Translations under genes and position numbers: made by a program
Notes under the pieces: generated by a model
Database searches by the model: none
The model's input: the letters and a program-made list of their open reading frames with translations, nothing else
Told to the model about the DNA's origin: nothing
Part shown: positions 63,100 through 64,000 of the stretch, one piece after another
How the letters are laid out: each line of letters opens with the position of its first letter
Position numbering within the stretch: position 1 is the first letter of the stretch
Assembly (NCBI GenBank): GCA_041687695.1
Contig: JAWLBL010000027.1
Location: 1 to 64,000 of the forward strand
Length of the DNA: 64,000 nt
Direction: 5' to 3'
DNA from: Myxococcota bacterium
GTDB taxonomy: Bacteria; Myxococcota_A; UBA9042; PHBI01; JAWLBL01

Positions 63100-64000
63100 T
63101 CAGCGCGCGAGCAGCGTGATGTCCGTGCGGTCGGCGCCGTCGACCGCCGGGTCGCGGCCCAGCTCGGCCGCGCGCAGGTCGGCGCGGTAGGCGTCCAGCT
63201 CGCTCGCGGCGTCGTCCGGCTCCGGCGCGTCGCCGAAGGCGCGCCGGTACAGGGCCGTGAGGACCTGCGAGGCCTGCTCGGCGGGCGCGGCATGGGGCGA
63301 CAGGCGACGCCCGAGCGCGCTGGCCGACGGCGGGCGGTCGCCGCGGCCCGACGCGAGGCACGCCTGGATGGCGTCGGCCAACCCCTTGGGCAGCTGGGGC
63401 GCCCGCTCGCTCAAGGGCGGCACGGCGGCGGCCGCGACGTTGGCCAGGGTCTCGGCGGGCGTGTCCGCCTTGAACAGGCGCGCGCCGGTGGCCAGCTCCC
63501 ACAGCACCGTCCCCAGCGCGAACAGGTCGCTGCGCGCGTCGAGCGCCTCGCCGCGGACCTGTTCGGGGCTCATGTAGGCGCGCTTGCCCTCGAGCACGCC
63601 CGCGCGCCCGGCGCCGTCGGCGTGGCGCCATGCGATGCCGAAGTCGATGAGCTTGAGCAAACCTGCGCGGCCGAGCATCAGGTTGTGGGGCGACACGTCG
63701 CGGTGCACGAGGCCCAGCGGCCGGCCGTCCGCGTCGGTCGCGTCGTGGGCGTAGGCCAGCGCCTCGGCCAGCGCGACGCCGATGGTGGCCACCTCGACGG
63801 GCGCGCACGCGGCGCCGGTCACGGCCAGGGCCGTCTGCAGCGCGGCGAGATCGCGGCCGTCGACGTACTCCCACAGCGAGCAGGGGGACCCGTGGATGAG
63901 CGCGAAGCCGAAGCCGCGCACGAGGCCTGGGTGGTCGAGCTGGCGGCCGAGGTCGGCCTCGGCGCGGAACGAGCGCAGCACGTCGGGGTCGTCGGCCAGC
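63100..64000 (-). CDS. Ser/Thr protein kinase (5' end outside the window)
   Basis: LVHRDVSPHN, KLIDFGIA, GKRAYMSPEQ, RSDLFALG. Confidence 0.93.
   Translation of the reverse strand, partial: LADDPDVLRSFRAEADLGRQLDHPGLVRGFGFALIHGSPCSLWEYVDGRDLAALQTALAVTGAACAPVEVATIGVALAEALAYAHDATDADGRPLGLVHRDVSPHNLMLGRAGLLKLIDFGIAWRHADGAGRAGVLEGKRAYMSPEQVRGEALDARSDLFALGTVLWELATGARLFKADTPAETLANVAAAAVPPLSERAPQLPKGLADAIQACLASGRGDRPPSASALGRRLSPHAAPAEQASQVLTALYRRAFGDAPEPDDAASELDAYRADLRAAELGRDPAVDGADRTDITLLAR

Overview
Very GC-rich chromosomal window, most likely from a Myxococcota bacterium (16S 5' end, TIGR04552-like protein, GltJ/AgmX-like protein, Cys-rich lipoproteins, Ser/Thr kinases and FHA proteins). It starts with the 5' end of a minus-strand 16S rRNA gene, its leader and three tandem sigma70-type promoters. 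About 4 kb of non-coding satellite follows (47-nt and 35-nt units with higher-order duplications); this is the most unusual feature. The rest is mostly core genes: TetR(FadR-like)-etfB-etfA, tsaD-rsmA, a fused 2-oxoacid dehydrogenase E1, a ClpX-like ATPase, cinA-recA-alaS, glgC-glgA, sucA-sucB-lpdA, an AEP-transaminase-like plus cytidylyltransferase pair, gshB, dapF, a stand-alone rplC and an M16 peptidase. No CRISPR array, tRNA, transposase or prophage was recognised. Other sequence-level signals: a FadR-type operator, a possible SOS box, a recurrent hairpin + TTCGAA motif at gene ends, several apparently leaderless genes, a probable CTG start and a reversal of G/C skew across the window. All calls are by eye; no database searches were run.
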